From contig JAHWKU010000007.1 of assembly GCA_019347715.1 (NCBI GenBank), positions 8,349 through 72,348 of the forward strand: a stretch of DNA of 64,000 bases, read 5' to 3'. Numbering within the stretch: position 1 is the first letter of the stretch; each line of letters starts with the position of its first letter. This DNA comes from Actinomycetota bacterium (lineage in GTDB: Bacteria > Actinomycetota > CADDZG01 > JAHWKV01). The translations under genes and the position numbers were made by a program. Below, in pieces: positions 18,245 to 27,202 of the stretch. The notes under the pieces are model-generated. The model ran no database searches, had not been told where the DNA came from, and worked only from the letters and a program-made list of their open reading frames with translations.

Positions 18245-20737
18245 TCAGTTGGTCAGGAGCCTGTCAGGGATCGTCGTAACGTCGCCGGCCCCCAGTGAGA
18301 CGACGACGTCTCCCTCCCTGGCTTCCCCCTTTATATATATGGCGGCCTGCTCGAGAGTGGGGAGGTAGGCGACCTTCCGGCCAGGCGCAGCCTCACACAC
18401 CGCGTCGGCCACGAGCTTGCCTGTTACGCCTGGGATCGGCTCTTCTCTCGCCGGATAGACGTCGGTGACGACTACCAGGTCTGCAAGAGATAGCGCAGCA
18501 CCGAACTCGGTCGCCATCAATCTTGTTCTGCTATAGAGGTGCGGCTGAAAAACTGCGATCAATCTGCCCCTTGCTCCCGGAAATGCCATAAGCGTTGCTT
18601 CCACCTCGGAAGGCAGATGGGCGTAGTCGTCGTATACCGCCGTGCCGTCGAGCCAGCCACGAAACTCCATGCGCCGGGAGACACCGCGAAAGGAAGAAAG
18701 TCCAGCCGCGATCACTTCTGGATCGACGCCTGCTCGCACGGAGGCCGCTAGAGCTGCAAGCGCGTTCGAAGCGTTATGACGGCCGCGCGCAGTGAGCGGG
18801 ATCACGAGGTCGTACGGCCAGCCGATCTCCAGCCGCAAGCCCTCGGCTGTCTGATGAACCACACCCTTCACGTCGGCTGTCTCCGAGAAACCGTATGTCG
18901 TGAGATTGGGATGGTCTCTTCCTATCTCAACGGCCGTCTCATCGTCGGAGCAGACCACAACGGCTTCGCTCTGAGAGGCGAATTGAGAAAACGCCGATCG
19001 ATACGATTCGACCGACCCGTAGTGATCGAGATGATCGACATCCACGTTCGTGATCACTCCAACCGCAGGGTGAAGGTTGAGAAAGGTGCCGTATGCCTCA
19101 TCGGCCTCCACCACGGCCCACTCCCCCGCTCCGGACCGTCCGGCTGCCCCAAGACCTACCGGATCACCGCCAATTAAATAGGTTGGATCCAGACCGGCTT
19201 CAGCGAGGACGGTTGCAATCATCGCTACTGTGGTCGTCTTTCCGTGGGTTCCGGTAACCCCAATCACCTTTTGACCAGAGAACATCTTTGCGATGGCCTC
19301 TCCTCTCCACAACACGGGAATCCCTCTTGCTCGAGCCTCGGCGATCTCGGGGTTATCTTCACCAACCGCGGTGGAGACGATCACAGCCTCGGCGGCATCG
19401 ACCAATGAAGCGTCGTGGCCGGCGACCGCCTTTATCCCGCCTGCCTCGAGACGCGCCAGCACATCGGAATCATTGCGGTCCGAGCCGGTCACTTCGGATC
19501 CTCTCGCTCTCAGGATCAGCGCCATCGCGCTCATCCCGGCTCCGCCTATCCCCACCATGTGGACCTTCCCCCATGGGGCTTCCTGCTTGGTGCCGGGAGG
19601 GCGGTGCTCTTCCGGAAAAGTCTCGAGGGTCTCCTGGCCCGCTGTTTCTGCTACGACATCGGCCAGAAGGACGACAGCATCGGGGCGTGCCAGCGCTTTC
19701 GCCCGCTTGGCCATTTCGTCGAGCAGCTCCGGGTCGGAGAGCATCTCGGAGACCCGGCGGGTCAATTCGGAGCGGAGATCTTTATCGGGAACCATCTGCC
19801 CGGCCCCCGCTGTAACAACTGCCTCGGCGTTTTTTCGTTGATCATCGTCGAGAGCAATCGGAAGGGGAACGTAGATTGCCGGGACACCGGCCGCCGTCAT
19901 TTCCGCGATCGTCGAAGCGCCGGCCCTGCAGATCGCTAGATCGGCCACGGCATAGACAAGGTCCATTCGGTCTGTGAAGGGATAAGCCTTCCAAACCACT
20001 CGGTCATCGGTGCGTCTAAAGTCCCCTAAGGCTTGGGATACTTCCTCAAAGCGATCTCTTCCGGTCAGGTGCAGAACCTGGACTGTCTCTTCGAACCGCC
20101 ACCTCACATACAGGTCGAGAACTGCCTCGTTGATGCTCCGGGCACCCTGGCTTCCTCCCGTTACGACAATGGTGATTCTGCCGGGAGCGAGTCCAAAGGC
20201 ACCGATGGCCTCCTGCCGCATAGATGCGCGATCTATTGAGGCGATTTCCCGCCTGACTGGGTTTCCCGTCAGCACCGCCTTTTCCCCGAATCTCTCTTCA
20301 CTGCCTGGGAAAGAAACCGCCACAGCTCTGGCGAAGCGCCCCGCGACGCGGTTGGCCAGTCCCGGAACAGCATTCTGTTCGTGAACCACAACAGGAATCC
20401 GGTGGATCGCAGCCGCGAAGACCACGGGGAGGCTGACGTAACCGCCCGTGCCGACGACAACATCCGGGTTGAACCTGGCCAGAATTACAAGACAGCGCGC
20501 CGTGGCTTTCAGGAGCCTTGCGATCGCCCGAACATTGCGGATCGAGATCCCCTTGCCGCGCCCGGAGATGAGTACCGTCTCCAACCGGAACCCGGCGCTC
20601 GGAACTATTTCGACCTCAGGCCCCCGCGAAGAACCAATGAAGAGGATGTCGTGTCCTCGCTCCCGCATCACCATGCCAAGAGCGATGCCGGGATGCAGAT
20701 GCCCGGCGGTCCCCCCGCCGGCGATGACCAATTTCAT
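18245..20737 (-). CDS. murG-murC: Apparent fused MurG (UDP-GlcNAc:lipid I glycosyltransferase) – MurC (UDP-MurNAc:L-Ala ligase) bifunctional protein
   Basis: One continuous frame. MurG begins MKLVIAGGGTAGHLHPG (G-loop) and runs to …VVAETAG. A ~25-aa linker follows. MurC begins …KVHMVGIGGAGMS…GTHGKTTT and ends at 18245. No stop codon between them. The track ORF N-terminal extension to 21379 is an out-of-frame artefact over ftsW. Confidence 0.8.
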   Translation of the reverse strand: MKLVIAGGGTAGHLHPGIALGMVMRERGHDILFIGSSRGPEVEIVPSAGFRLETVLISGRGKGISIRNVRAIARLLKATARCLVILARFNPDVVVGTGGYVSLPVVFAAAIHRIPVVVHEQNAVPGLANRVAGRFARAVAVSFPGSEERFGEKAVLTGNPVRREIASIDRASMRQEAIGAFGLAPGRITIVVTGGSQGARSINEAVLDLYVRWRFEETVQVLHLTGRDRFEEVSQALGDFRRTDDRVVWKAYPFTDRMDLVYAVADLAICRAGASTIAEMTAAGVPAIYVPLPIALDDDQRKNAEAVVTAGAGQMVPDKDLRSELTRRVSEMLSDPELLDEMAKRAKALARPDAVVLLADVVAETAGQETLETFPEEHRPPGTKQEAPWGKVHMVGIGGAGMSAMALILRARGSEVTGSDRNDSDVLARLEAGGIKAVAGHDASLVDAAEAVIVSTAVGEDNPEIAEARARGIPVLWRGEAIAKMFSGQKVIGVTGTHGKTTTVAMIATVLAEAGLDPTYLIGGDPVGLGAAGRSGAGEWAVVEADEAYGTFLNLHPAVGVITNVDVDHLDHYGSVESYRSAFSQFASQSEAVVVCSDDETAVEIGRDHPNLTTYGFSETADVKGVVHQTAEGLRLEIGWPYDLVIPLTARGRHNASNALAALAASVRAGVDPEVIAAGLSSFRGVSRRMEFRGWLDGTAVYDDYAHLPSEVEATLMAFPGARGRLIAVFQPHLYSRTRLMATEFGAALSLADLVVVTDVYPAREEPIPGVTGKLVADAVCEAAPGRKVAYLPTLEQAAIYIKGEAREGDVVVSLGAGDVTTIPDRLLTN

Positions 20738-21858
20738 TATGAGGACTTCCGGGACCTGGCTATAGATAAAAGGATGCCGATGGCTGCCATCGTGAATACC
20801 AGCGATGAGCCGCCGAAAGATATAAGCGGGAGAGGAACACCGGTGATGGGGAGAATCCCCGTGACGGCCCCCATATTGATGAGAGCCTGTATTCCGATCC
20901 AGCCGGTGATGCCTCCGGCTACCAGATACCCGAACCTGTCCGGGGCTTTCCTGGCGATCCTTACTCCCAGATAGATGAAGAAGACGAAAAGAAGCAAGGT
21001 CGCCATGGTCCCAACGAGTCCGAGCTCCTCGCCAAGGATCGCGAAGATGAAATCGGTATGAGCATTCGGTACATACGACCATTTCTGACGGCTGGCGCCC
21101 AATCCCAGGCCGAAAAGCCCGCCACTGCCTAGCGCGATCTGTCCCTGGATCGTCTGGTATCCGGTGTTCAACGGATCCGACCATGGGTTCAGATAGGAAA
21201 ACAACCTGGCTCTTCTGTACCCCTCGCCCATGATGACGGCGATAGTCATCAGGAGTCCACCCCCGAACAGCAGAACTAGATGTTTGGTGCGCGCGCCCGC
21301 CAAAAACACGACAACCATGACCGCAAGTGCGGTGATGAGAGTCGTTCCAAGGTCGGGCTGGGCCATGATCAGCAGACAAACGAGTCCCAAAACAGCGAAC
21401 ACCGGAAGCATCAGTTCCTTGAAGTCCAGGATCTTCTTGCCTTTGCGGTCGAGGACATGTGCCGTGAACAGCAGCAGCGTCAGCTTGGTCAATTCCGATG
21501 GCTGCAGGGTTATCGGACCGAAAACAAGCCAGCGGCTCGATCCACCTCTGGTAACTCCAACACCGGGAATCAATACGGCGGCGAGCAGCGCCACGGAGAT
21601 AACCATGGCGGGACGGGCAAAACGGCGAAGCTTCCGATGATCGGTGCGGGCTAAAAGCAGCATGACGGCTACACCAATCAGAGTTCCGAGGACCTGGCGG
21701 TTGAAGAACATGAAGGAGCTGCCGTATCGCTGGAAGGCTTCGACCGATGATGCGGAGAGAATCATCACCAGGCCGATCACCAGCATGGCCACCGAAGTGG
21801 CGATCAGCAAGACGAACGGGTTACCGAGACGGCGCTCGGCCAGCGACGACCCGCTCAT
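20737..21858 (-). CDS. ftsW: Peptidoglycan glycosyltransferase FtsW (SEDS family)
   Basis: Ten-TM SEDS topology with conserved …GQIALGSGGLFG…NAHTDFIFA… Start at MSGSS… (21858) forms an ATGA overlap with the murD stop. Confidence 0.9.
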   Translation of the reverse strand: MSGSSLAERRLGNPFVLLIATSVAMLVIGLVMILSASSVEAFQRYGSSFMFFNRQVLGTLIGVAVMLLLARTDHRKLRRFARPAMVISVALLAAVLIPGVGVTRGGSSRWLVFGPITLQPSELTKLTLLLFTAHVLDRKGKKILDFKELMLPVFAVLGLVCLLIMAQPDLGTTLITALAVMVVVFLAGARTKHLVLLFGGGLLMTIAVIMGEGYRRARLFSYLNPWSDPLNTGYQTIQGQIALGSGGLFGLGLGASRQKWSYVPNAHTDFIFAILGEELGLVGTMATLLLFVFFIYLGVRIARKAPDRFGYLVAGGITGWIGIQALINMGAVTGILPITGVPLPLISFGGSSLVFTMAAIGILLSIARSRKSS

Positions 21859-23261
21859 AGGGCCATGACCGCTCTCTGGAACCGATCTCCTCTTTCGGCA
21901 TAACTCGAGTACTGGTCCCAGCTCGCACACCCGGGCGACAGCAGCACCGTGTCTCCCGGCGAAGCCAGCTTGGCGGCATGAGCCACGGCTTCTTCGACGG
22001 TGCCTGCCCTCTCGATAGGGAGCATTCCGGCGAACAGCTTTTCGAGCTTTTCTGCCGTTTCGCCCATGACCACAAGTCCCTTCAAGCGGTCTCTAGCCTC
22101 CAACAGAGGTGACAGGTCGAGCCCCCTGTCCTGTCCGCCGGCAATGAGAACGACATCGCGGGTGTCCTTGAGGGCCATCATCGCTGCATGCGGATTGGTC
22201 GCCTTCGAATCATCGATGTATCTGATCGATCCCACCTCTCTCACGAACGCCATGCGGTGAGGCAGCCCGTGGAACGAGGAGACCGCTCTAGAAAAATCCG
22301 AAGCTTGCACGCGGTACTCCGAACAGACGGCTGCCGCCGCTAACACATTTTCGAGGTTGTGGGCCCCCTGGAGGCGGATATCCGAGATGGACATGAGGTC
22401 CGATACCCTGCCGCGATGGTGAAGCTTGATCCTTCCTGCGGAGCATCCAGCTATCACCTCTGGTGGTCTCGCCAGACGGCTGCGGGCTGCACTGCGAATC
22501 TGCTCGATCTCAGAGCTCCCAAACACCGACAGCCTTGCCTTCGATCCCTCTGCGATCTGAAGACAGGCCGGATCAAAGGCATTCACGATCAAAGTGTCCT
22601 CGTCTCCCTGGTTTTCGGTGATCCGCGCTTTGGCAGCAAGATAGTCATCGAAGCCTGGATGCCAGTCGTAGTGATCGTCGCCGAGGTTCAAAACCACAGC
22701 CACGCGCGGCCGGAACTGATCGATGAAGTAAAGCTGGAAGCTGGAAACCTCGCACACGATCGTCCTGCCTTCCGTGTGGTGCCTCACCACTTCAACGAAC
22801 GGAACTCCAATGTTGCCGGCAGAGATGGCGGGAATCCCCGCCGTTTCGAGGATGTCGGTGACGAGAGTCGTAGTTGTGGTCTTCCCATTCGTTCCAGTTA
22901 TCGCGATGACAGGAGCTCGTGAAAGCCGCCAGCCCAGTTCCAGCTCACTCCATACCCTGATCCCCCGATCGACCGCCGCCTTCAAGAAGAAGTTGGTGGG
23001 AGGCAGGCCCGGGCTCGCCACCACGACATCAGCCCAATCGAGGAGGGAAAGGTCTGTCCCACCGAGAGTTACCCTGGTACCCGAAGCCGAGAGCTCCGCT
23101 GCGAATGCCGCCAGCTCATCGTCCGGCTCCACTCCGGGCTCGAGATGATGGAACACGGCGACTTCCAGCTCCCGGTCGATCAAAGCCCTGACCGAAGCCC
23201 TGCCGCTCATCCCGAGGCCAACGACAACGAACCTCTCGAAGTCGTCGAATGGCATCGGCAT
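21855..23261 (-). CDS. murD: UDP-N-acetylmuramoylalanine–D-glutamate ligase
   Basis: Mur ligase P-loop ITGTNGKTTTT and Rossmann N-domain. Confidence 0.92.
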   Translation of the reverse strand: MPMPFDDFERFVVVGLGMSGRASVRALIDRELEVAVFHHLEPGVEPDDELAAFAAELSASGTRVTLGGTDLSLLDWADVVVASPGLPPTNFFLKAAVDRGIRVWSELELGWRLSRAPVIAITGTNGKTTTTTLVTDILETAGIPAISAGNIGVPFVEVVRHHTEGRTIVCEVSSFQLYFIDQFRPRVAVVLNLGDDHYDWHPGFDDYLAAKARITENQGDEDTLIVNAFDPACLQIAEGSKARLSVFGSSEIEQIRSAARSRLARPPEVIAGCSAGRIKLHHRGRVSDLMSISDIRLQGAHNLENVLAAAAVCSEYRVQASDFSRAVSSFHGLPHRMAFVREVGSIRYIDDSKATNPHAAMMALKDTRDVVLIAGGQDRGLDLSPLLEARDRLKGLVVMGETAEKLEKLFAGMLPIERAGTVEEAVAHAAKLASPGDTVLLSPGCASWDQYSSYAERGDRFQRAVMAL

Positions 23262-24364
23262 CAGTCGATACCGCCCTGCGCGATGAAGTCTGCATAGAAC
23301 AGGCCGAGACCGAATGCGATCGATAGGCCGGCCAGAATCCAGAACCTGACTATGACCGTGAACTCGGGCCAGCCAATTAGCTCGAAATGATGATGTACCG
23401 GCGCCATCAGGAACAGACGGCGTTTGAAGAGACGGAAGGAGATCACCTGAACTATGACCGACGTAACTTCAATGACATACAGCCCGCCCAGCACTATCAG
23501 CAACAATTGGGTATTCGTCAGAATCGCGAGGGCTCCCATGGCGCCGCCGAGCGCGAGAGAACCGGTATCTCCCATGAAGATCTTGGCCGGAGCCGCGTTC
23601 CACCATAGAAAACCCGATGCGGCGCCGAGCATGCTTGCCGCTACCATGGCAAGGTCGAGAGAGTCCGGTGCCAGATAGCAGCCGCTTGCGGGTACGGGAT
23701 CGCATGGATGGCGCACCTGCCAGAAGGCGATGATGACGTATGCGGCCATGACCATGGCAGCCGAGCCGCTTGCCAGTCCGTCGAGACCGTCGGCAAGGTT
23801 CACTCCATTCGATGCCGCGGAGATGATCAGGAACACCCATGCAAAAAACAGCACACCGAGGTCGAGGCCGAGCGGACGCACGAATGAAACCTGAGGCTGA
23901 GCCTGAGTCTCCAGTATCCCCGCTAGGTACGCGAACCCAAGTGCGATGGTTACCTGACCAATGATCTTTGAGGTCTTGCTAAGACCGAGCGACCGCTGCT
24001 TTCTGACCTTCAAGTAGTCGTCGATCAATCCCAGCCCAGCCATCGCGACGATCATCGTCATGGCCAGAAGCCCAGAAGACGTAAACGGAGTAACACAATC
24101 TCGCAACGTAATGGGGCCCGGATCGTTCACGGCCCGGAAACACTCTAGAACCCGCAAGTGCGCGACGATCCAAGCCAGGAAGGCGCCCCCGATGATCACG
24201 ATCCCTCCCATGGTGGGAGTTCCCTTCTTGACGAAGTGAGCTTGCGGACCGTCTTCTCGGATCTGCTGTCCAAAGCGGTGCCTTTTGAATATTCGAATCG
24301 CTAGGGGTGTGCCGAACAGGGCAAGGATCAGCGAGAGGCTCGAGGCGAGCAGGATGTTCGTCAA
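23261..24364 (-). CDS. mraY: Phospho-N-acetylmuramoyl-pentapeptide transferase
   Basis: Polytopic membrane protein with conserved MraY Asp-rich motifs (…DDYLKV…, …NGVNLADGLDGLA…). Confidence 0.95.
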   Translation of the reverse strand: MTNILLASSLSLILALFGTPLAIRIFKRHRFGQQIREDGPQAHFVKKGTPTMGGIVIIGGAFLAWIVAHLRVLECFRAVNDPGPITLRDCVTPFTSSGLLAMTMIVAMAGLGLIDDYLKVRKQRSLGLSKTSKIIGQVTIALGFAYLAGILETQAQPQVSFVRPLGLDLGVLFFAWVFLIISAASNGVNLADGLDGLASGSAAMVMAAYVIIAFWQVRHPCDPVPASGCYLAPDSLDLAMVAASMLGAASGFLWWNAAPAKIFMGDTGSLALGGAMGALAILTNTQLLLIVLGGLYVIEVTSVIVQVISFRLFKRRLFLMAPVHHHFELIGWPEFTVIVRFWILAGLSIAFGLGLFYADFIAQGGID

Positions 24365-25737
24365 GCTCCCACCACCTCGGTCTTTATCCGATCGACGAGT
24401 CCTTCCAATCGCTCCGATCTCGACGCTTTAACCAGAACCAGATCACCCGGTTTCAGGTCCGTCAGCTCGCGGACGGCTCCAGCCGCATCCTCGACCGAAA
24501 CCACATCGGCCATTCCAGCATCCATTGCACCTTTGGCGATCCCTAGCGATCGAGGTCCAACGACGATCAACTTGTCTGTGGCCGATGCAGCGATTCGACC
24601 TGCCTTCAGATGCGCATCCTCAGAGAGATGTCCGAGCTCGGCCATGAAGCCGAGGACCGCGATCAGCCTCCCCCCGGGACGCCGCATCGCAGAACAGGTC
24701 TCGATTGCTGCAGCCACCGAATCTGGACCGGCGTTCCATGCGTCGTTCAAAAATGTGATCCCGCCTTGCGTGGTGACCTCCATCCGGAATGGTGACCCCT
24801 TGGCGGATTCGAGACCGGCGGCGCAGTCCTCCAGAGAGAGGCCGAGAGCGATTCCAACTGCTGCTGCCGCAAGCGCGTTTGGCACCTGTTGCCTGCCGGA
24901 AGATTGAAGTTGCACTCTTTGACGAGCTCCTGCGTGTGAGATTTCAAAAGACGGCCGGGCGTCTGAGTCGAGTCTTACATCGTGTCCGCGGACCTGGGAT
25001 TCAAGGCTAAGGCCAAAGGTCAAGATCTCTGCCGCCGAGCGTCCCTTCATCGCCATCGCCAGCCCATCGTCGGCATTAAGAACCGCCACTCCTCCCTCCG
25101 GAAGAGACGAGATCAATTCACCTTTCGTCCTGGCAATGGAATCCTGAGAGCCGAATACTTCGATATGAGTGATCCCGACATTGGTCACGACCCCTACCTG
25201 AGGACGAACGTACTCACACAACTCGGCGATCTGTCCCTTTCCCCGCGCTGCTAGTTCCACGACCAGCAACTCCGTGCCGGGATCGGCGCTCAACAGAGTG
25301 AGCGGAACCCCTACCTCATTGTTGTAACTCCGTTCCGTCGCTACCGTGCGAAACTTGCGCGCCGCTACGGAAGACGTGTAGTCCTTGGTTGAGGTTTTAC
25401 CAATCGATCCGGTTATCCCGACGACTATCGGATCGACCACGTCGCGGTTGAAAGACGCGATCCTGGCGAGCCCAGCCTGCACGTCGTCGACGACGATCCT
25501 TCGATCTGGCGATTCGTCATCTCCTTCGGAGCACAGGGCGGCAGGAGCTCCCTTTCGAATTGCCTCAACTATGAAGTCGTGCCCGTCCAGGACCTGTCCC
25601 TTCAATGCGGCGAAGATGATTCCGGGACCGGCTCGTCTGGAATCGACCGTCACGCCGCTTACCTCAGCCTTCGGATCGAGCAGCCCTGTGACCCGGCCCC
25701 TAGAGACTCGGATGATGTCGGAGAGCCGCGCTTTCAT
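24361..25737 (-). CDS. murF: UDP-MurNAc-tripeptide–D-Ala-D-Ala ligase
   Basis: Mur ligase P-loop GITGSIGKTSTK. Position between murE and mraY. Confidence 0.9.
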   Translation of the reverse strand: MKARLSDIIRVSRGRVTGLLDPKAEVSGVTVDSRRAGPGIIFAALKGQVLDGHDFIVEAIRKGAPAALCSEGDDESPDRRIVVDDVQAGLARIASFNRDVVDPIVVGITGSIGKTSTKDYTSSVAARKFRTVATERSYNNEVGVPLTLLSADPGTELLVVELAARGKGQIAELCEYVRPQVGVVTNVGITHIEVFGSQDSIARTKGELISSLPEGGVAVLNADDGLAMAMKGRSAAEILTFGLSLESQVRGHDVRLDSDARPSFEISHAGARQRVQLQSSGRQQVPNALAAAAVGIALGLSLEDCAAGLESAKGSPFRMEVTTQGGITFLNDAWNAGPDSVAAAIETCSAMRRPGGRLIAVLGFMAELGHLSEDAHLKAGRIAASATDKLIVVGPRSLGIAKGAMDAGMADVVSVEDAAGAVRELTDLKPGDLVLVKASRSERLEGLVDRIKTEVVGA

Positions 25738-27191
25738 CGTTGCAGAGCCGCTCTCGCGACCTCGCGATCGTCGAAAGGGATCTTCGTATCCGCGAACTCC
25801 TGGCCGGTTTCGTGTCCCTTTCCCGCGATCACTACGACATCGCCGGATCGGGATTCTGAGATCGCTGCCTGGATGGCTTCGGCCCGGTCGGAGATAGCGA
25901 CATATCCGCCGGAAGGTGGGGCTTTGATGATCCCCGTCAATATCTGATCGATAATCTGGGACGGTTCCTCACTGCGCGGATTGTCCGAGGTTACATAGAC
26001 ACGGTCGGCAATGGAAGCCGCAACGCGCCCCATCTCAGGGCGTTTTCCCGAATCCCGATCGCCGCCACATCCAAATACGACCCTCAGCTCTCCAAGGCAG
26101 ATCTCCCTGGCGAAACGAAGAACGTTGTCAAGTCCATCGGGGGTATGTGCGTAGTCGACGACCACCATGAAGTCCTGGCCCTCGTCAACTCGCTCGAACC
26201 TTCCCGGTACCCCCTTCAGAGAGGAAAGCCCCGACCGGATCGCCTCTTCGGGCAAACCAACAGCTCGCGCCGCGCCTGCTGCTGCTATCGCATTCAACAC
26301 GTTGAACCTTGCCGGCATGAGCACTTCCAGCTCCAGTCGCATCCCCATTCCGACCGCGAGAAATTTGGTTCCCCCTGGAATCGCCCGAACGCTCTCCGCA
26401 ACCAGATCCGCGTCGCGTTCCACGGAGTAGGTCAAAACTTTCGAAGTGACCTCTTGGGTGAGTCTTCTCCCCCATTGGTCATCGATATTGATCAGCGACA
26501 GAGGAGTACGCTCCGCCAAGAAGAGTCTCCGCTTGGCCTCGTAGTACTCCTCCATCGAACCGTGAAAATTCAGATGATCCTGAGAAAGGTTCGTGAAAAC
26601 AGCCACGTCGAAGTCGCACCCTTCGATGCGGCCCTGGCTGATACCAATGGACGTCACTTCCAGAGCGCAGGTGGCGACTGAAGCGCGCGTCATCGCCCTG
26701 AAGAGACGCTGGAGGTCCGAGGACTCGGGAGTCCCTATCGGAGCCGGATAGGCAGAGTCGGCGACCCTGCGTTCGATCGTTCCAACGAGGCCGGTCTTCT
26801 CACCGGAGGCCCGAGCGATCGATTCGACCATATAGGTCGTAGTGGTTTTCCCATTCGTTCCCGTGACGCCAACGAGCTTGATCTCGCGGCTGGGGTGACC
26901 GAAGAATGGGGCCGCCACATGGTTCATCACTCCTCGTATGTCGGAGGTGACCAGATGGGGCACGGGGGCACCGGTATCCCTTTCCGCAACGACGGCTGCC
27001 GCGCCTGTACTCACCGCTTGGTTGGCAAGGTCATGTCGATCGACCTTATCGCCGGGAATGCAGAAGAACAACGAGCCGGGGATGACTTCTCTGGAGTCGT
27101 AATGGAGATCGGTGATCTCCGGATCGGCTGAGAGATGACCGTCCGAACCCACGAGTGATGCAATCTCGCTGAGTCTCATGGCCGTCAGCAT
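25734..27191 (-). CDS. murE: UDP-MurNAc-L-Ala-D-Glu–2,6-diaminopimelate ligase
   Basis: Mur ligase P-loop GVTGTNGKTTTT plus the DNPR motif (…TSDNPRSE…) typical of meso-DAP-adding MurE. Confidence 0.92.
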   Translation of the reverse strand: MLTAMRLSEIASLVGSDGHLSADPEITDLHYDSREVIPGSLFFCIPGDKVDRHDLANQAVSTGAAAVVAERDTGAPVPHLVTSDIRGVMNHVAAPFFGHPSREIKLVGVTGTNGKTTTTYMVESIARASGEKTGLVGTIERRVADSAYPAPIGTPESSDLQRLFRAMTRASVATCALEVTSIGISQGRIEGCDFDVAVFTNLSQDHLNFHGSMEEYYEAKRRLFLAERTPLSLINIDDQWGRRLTQEVTSKVLTYSVERDADLVAESVRAIPGGTKFLAVGMGMRLELEVLMPARFNVLNAIAAAGAARAVGLPEEAIRSGLSSLKGVPGRFERVDEGQDFMVVVDYAHTPDGLDNVLRFAREICLGELRVVFGCGGDRDSGKRPEMGRVAASIADRVYVTSDNPRSEEPSQIIDQILTGIIKAPPSGGYVAISDRAEAIQAAISESRSGDVVVIAGKGHETGQEFADTKIPFDDREVARAALQR

Positions 27192-27202
27192 CGCGCATCG
27201 CT

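Noticed and set aside
18245-21379. 1044-aa track ORF suggesting an even longer protein
   Set aside because: The first 214 codons are an out-of-frame read over ftsW with no protein-like features. The real product starts at MKLVIAGGG (20737).
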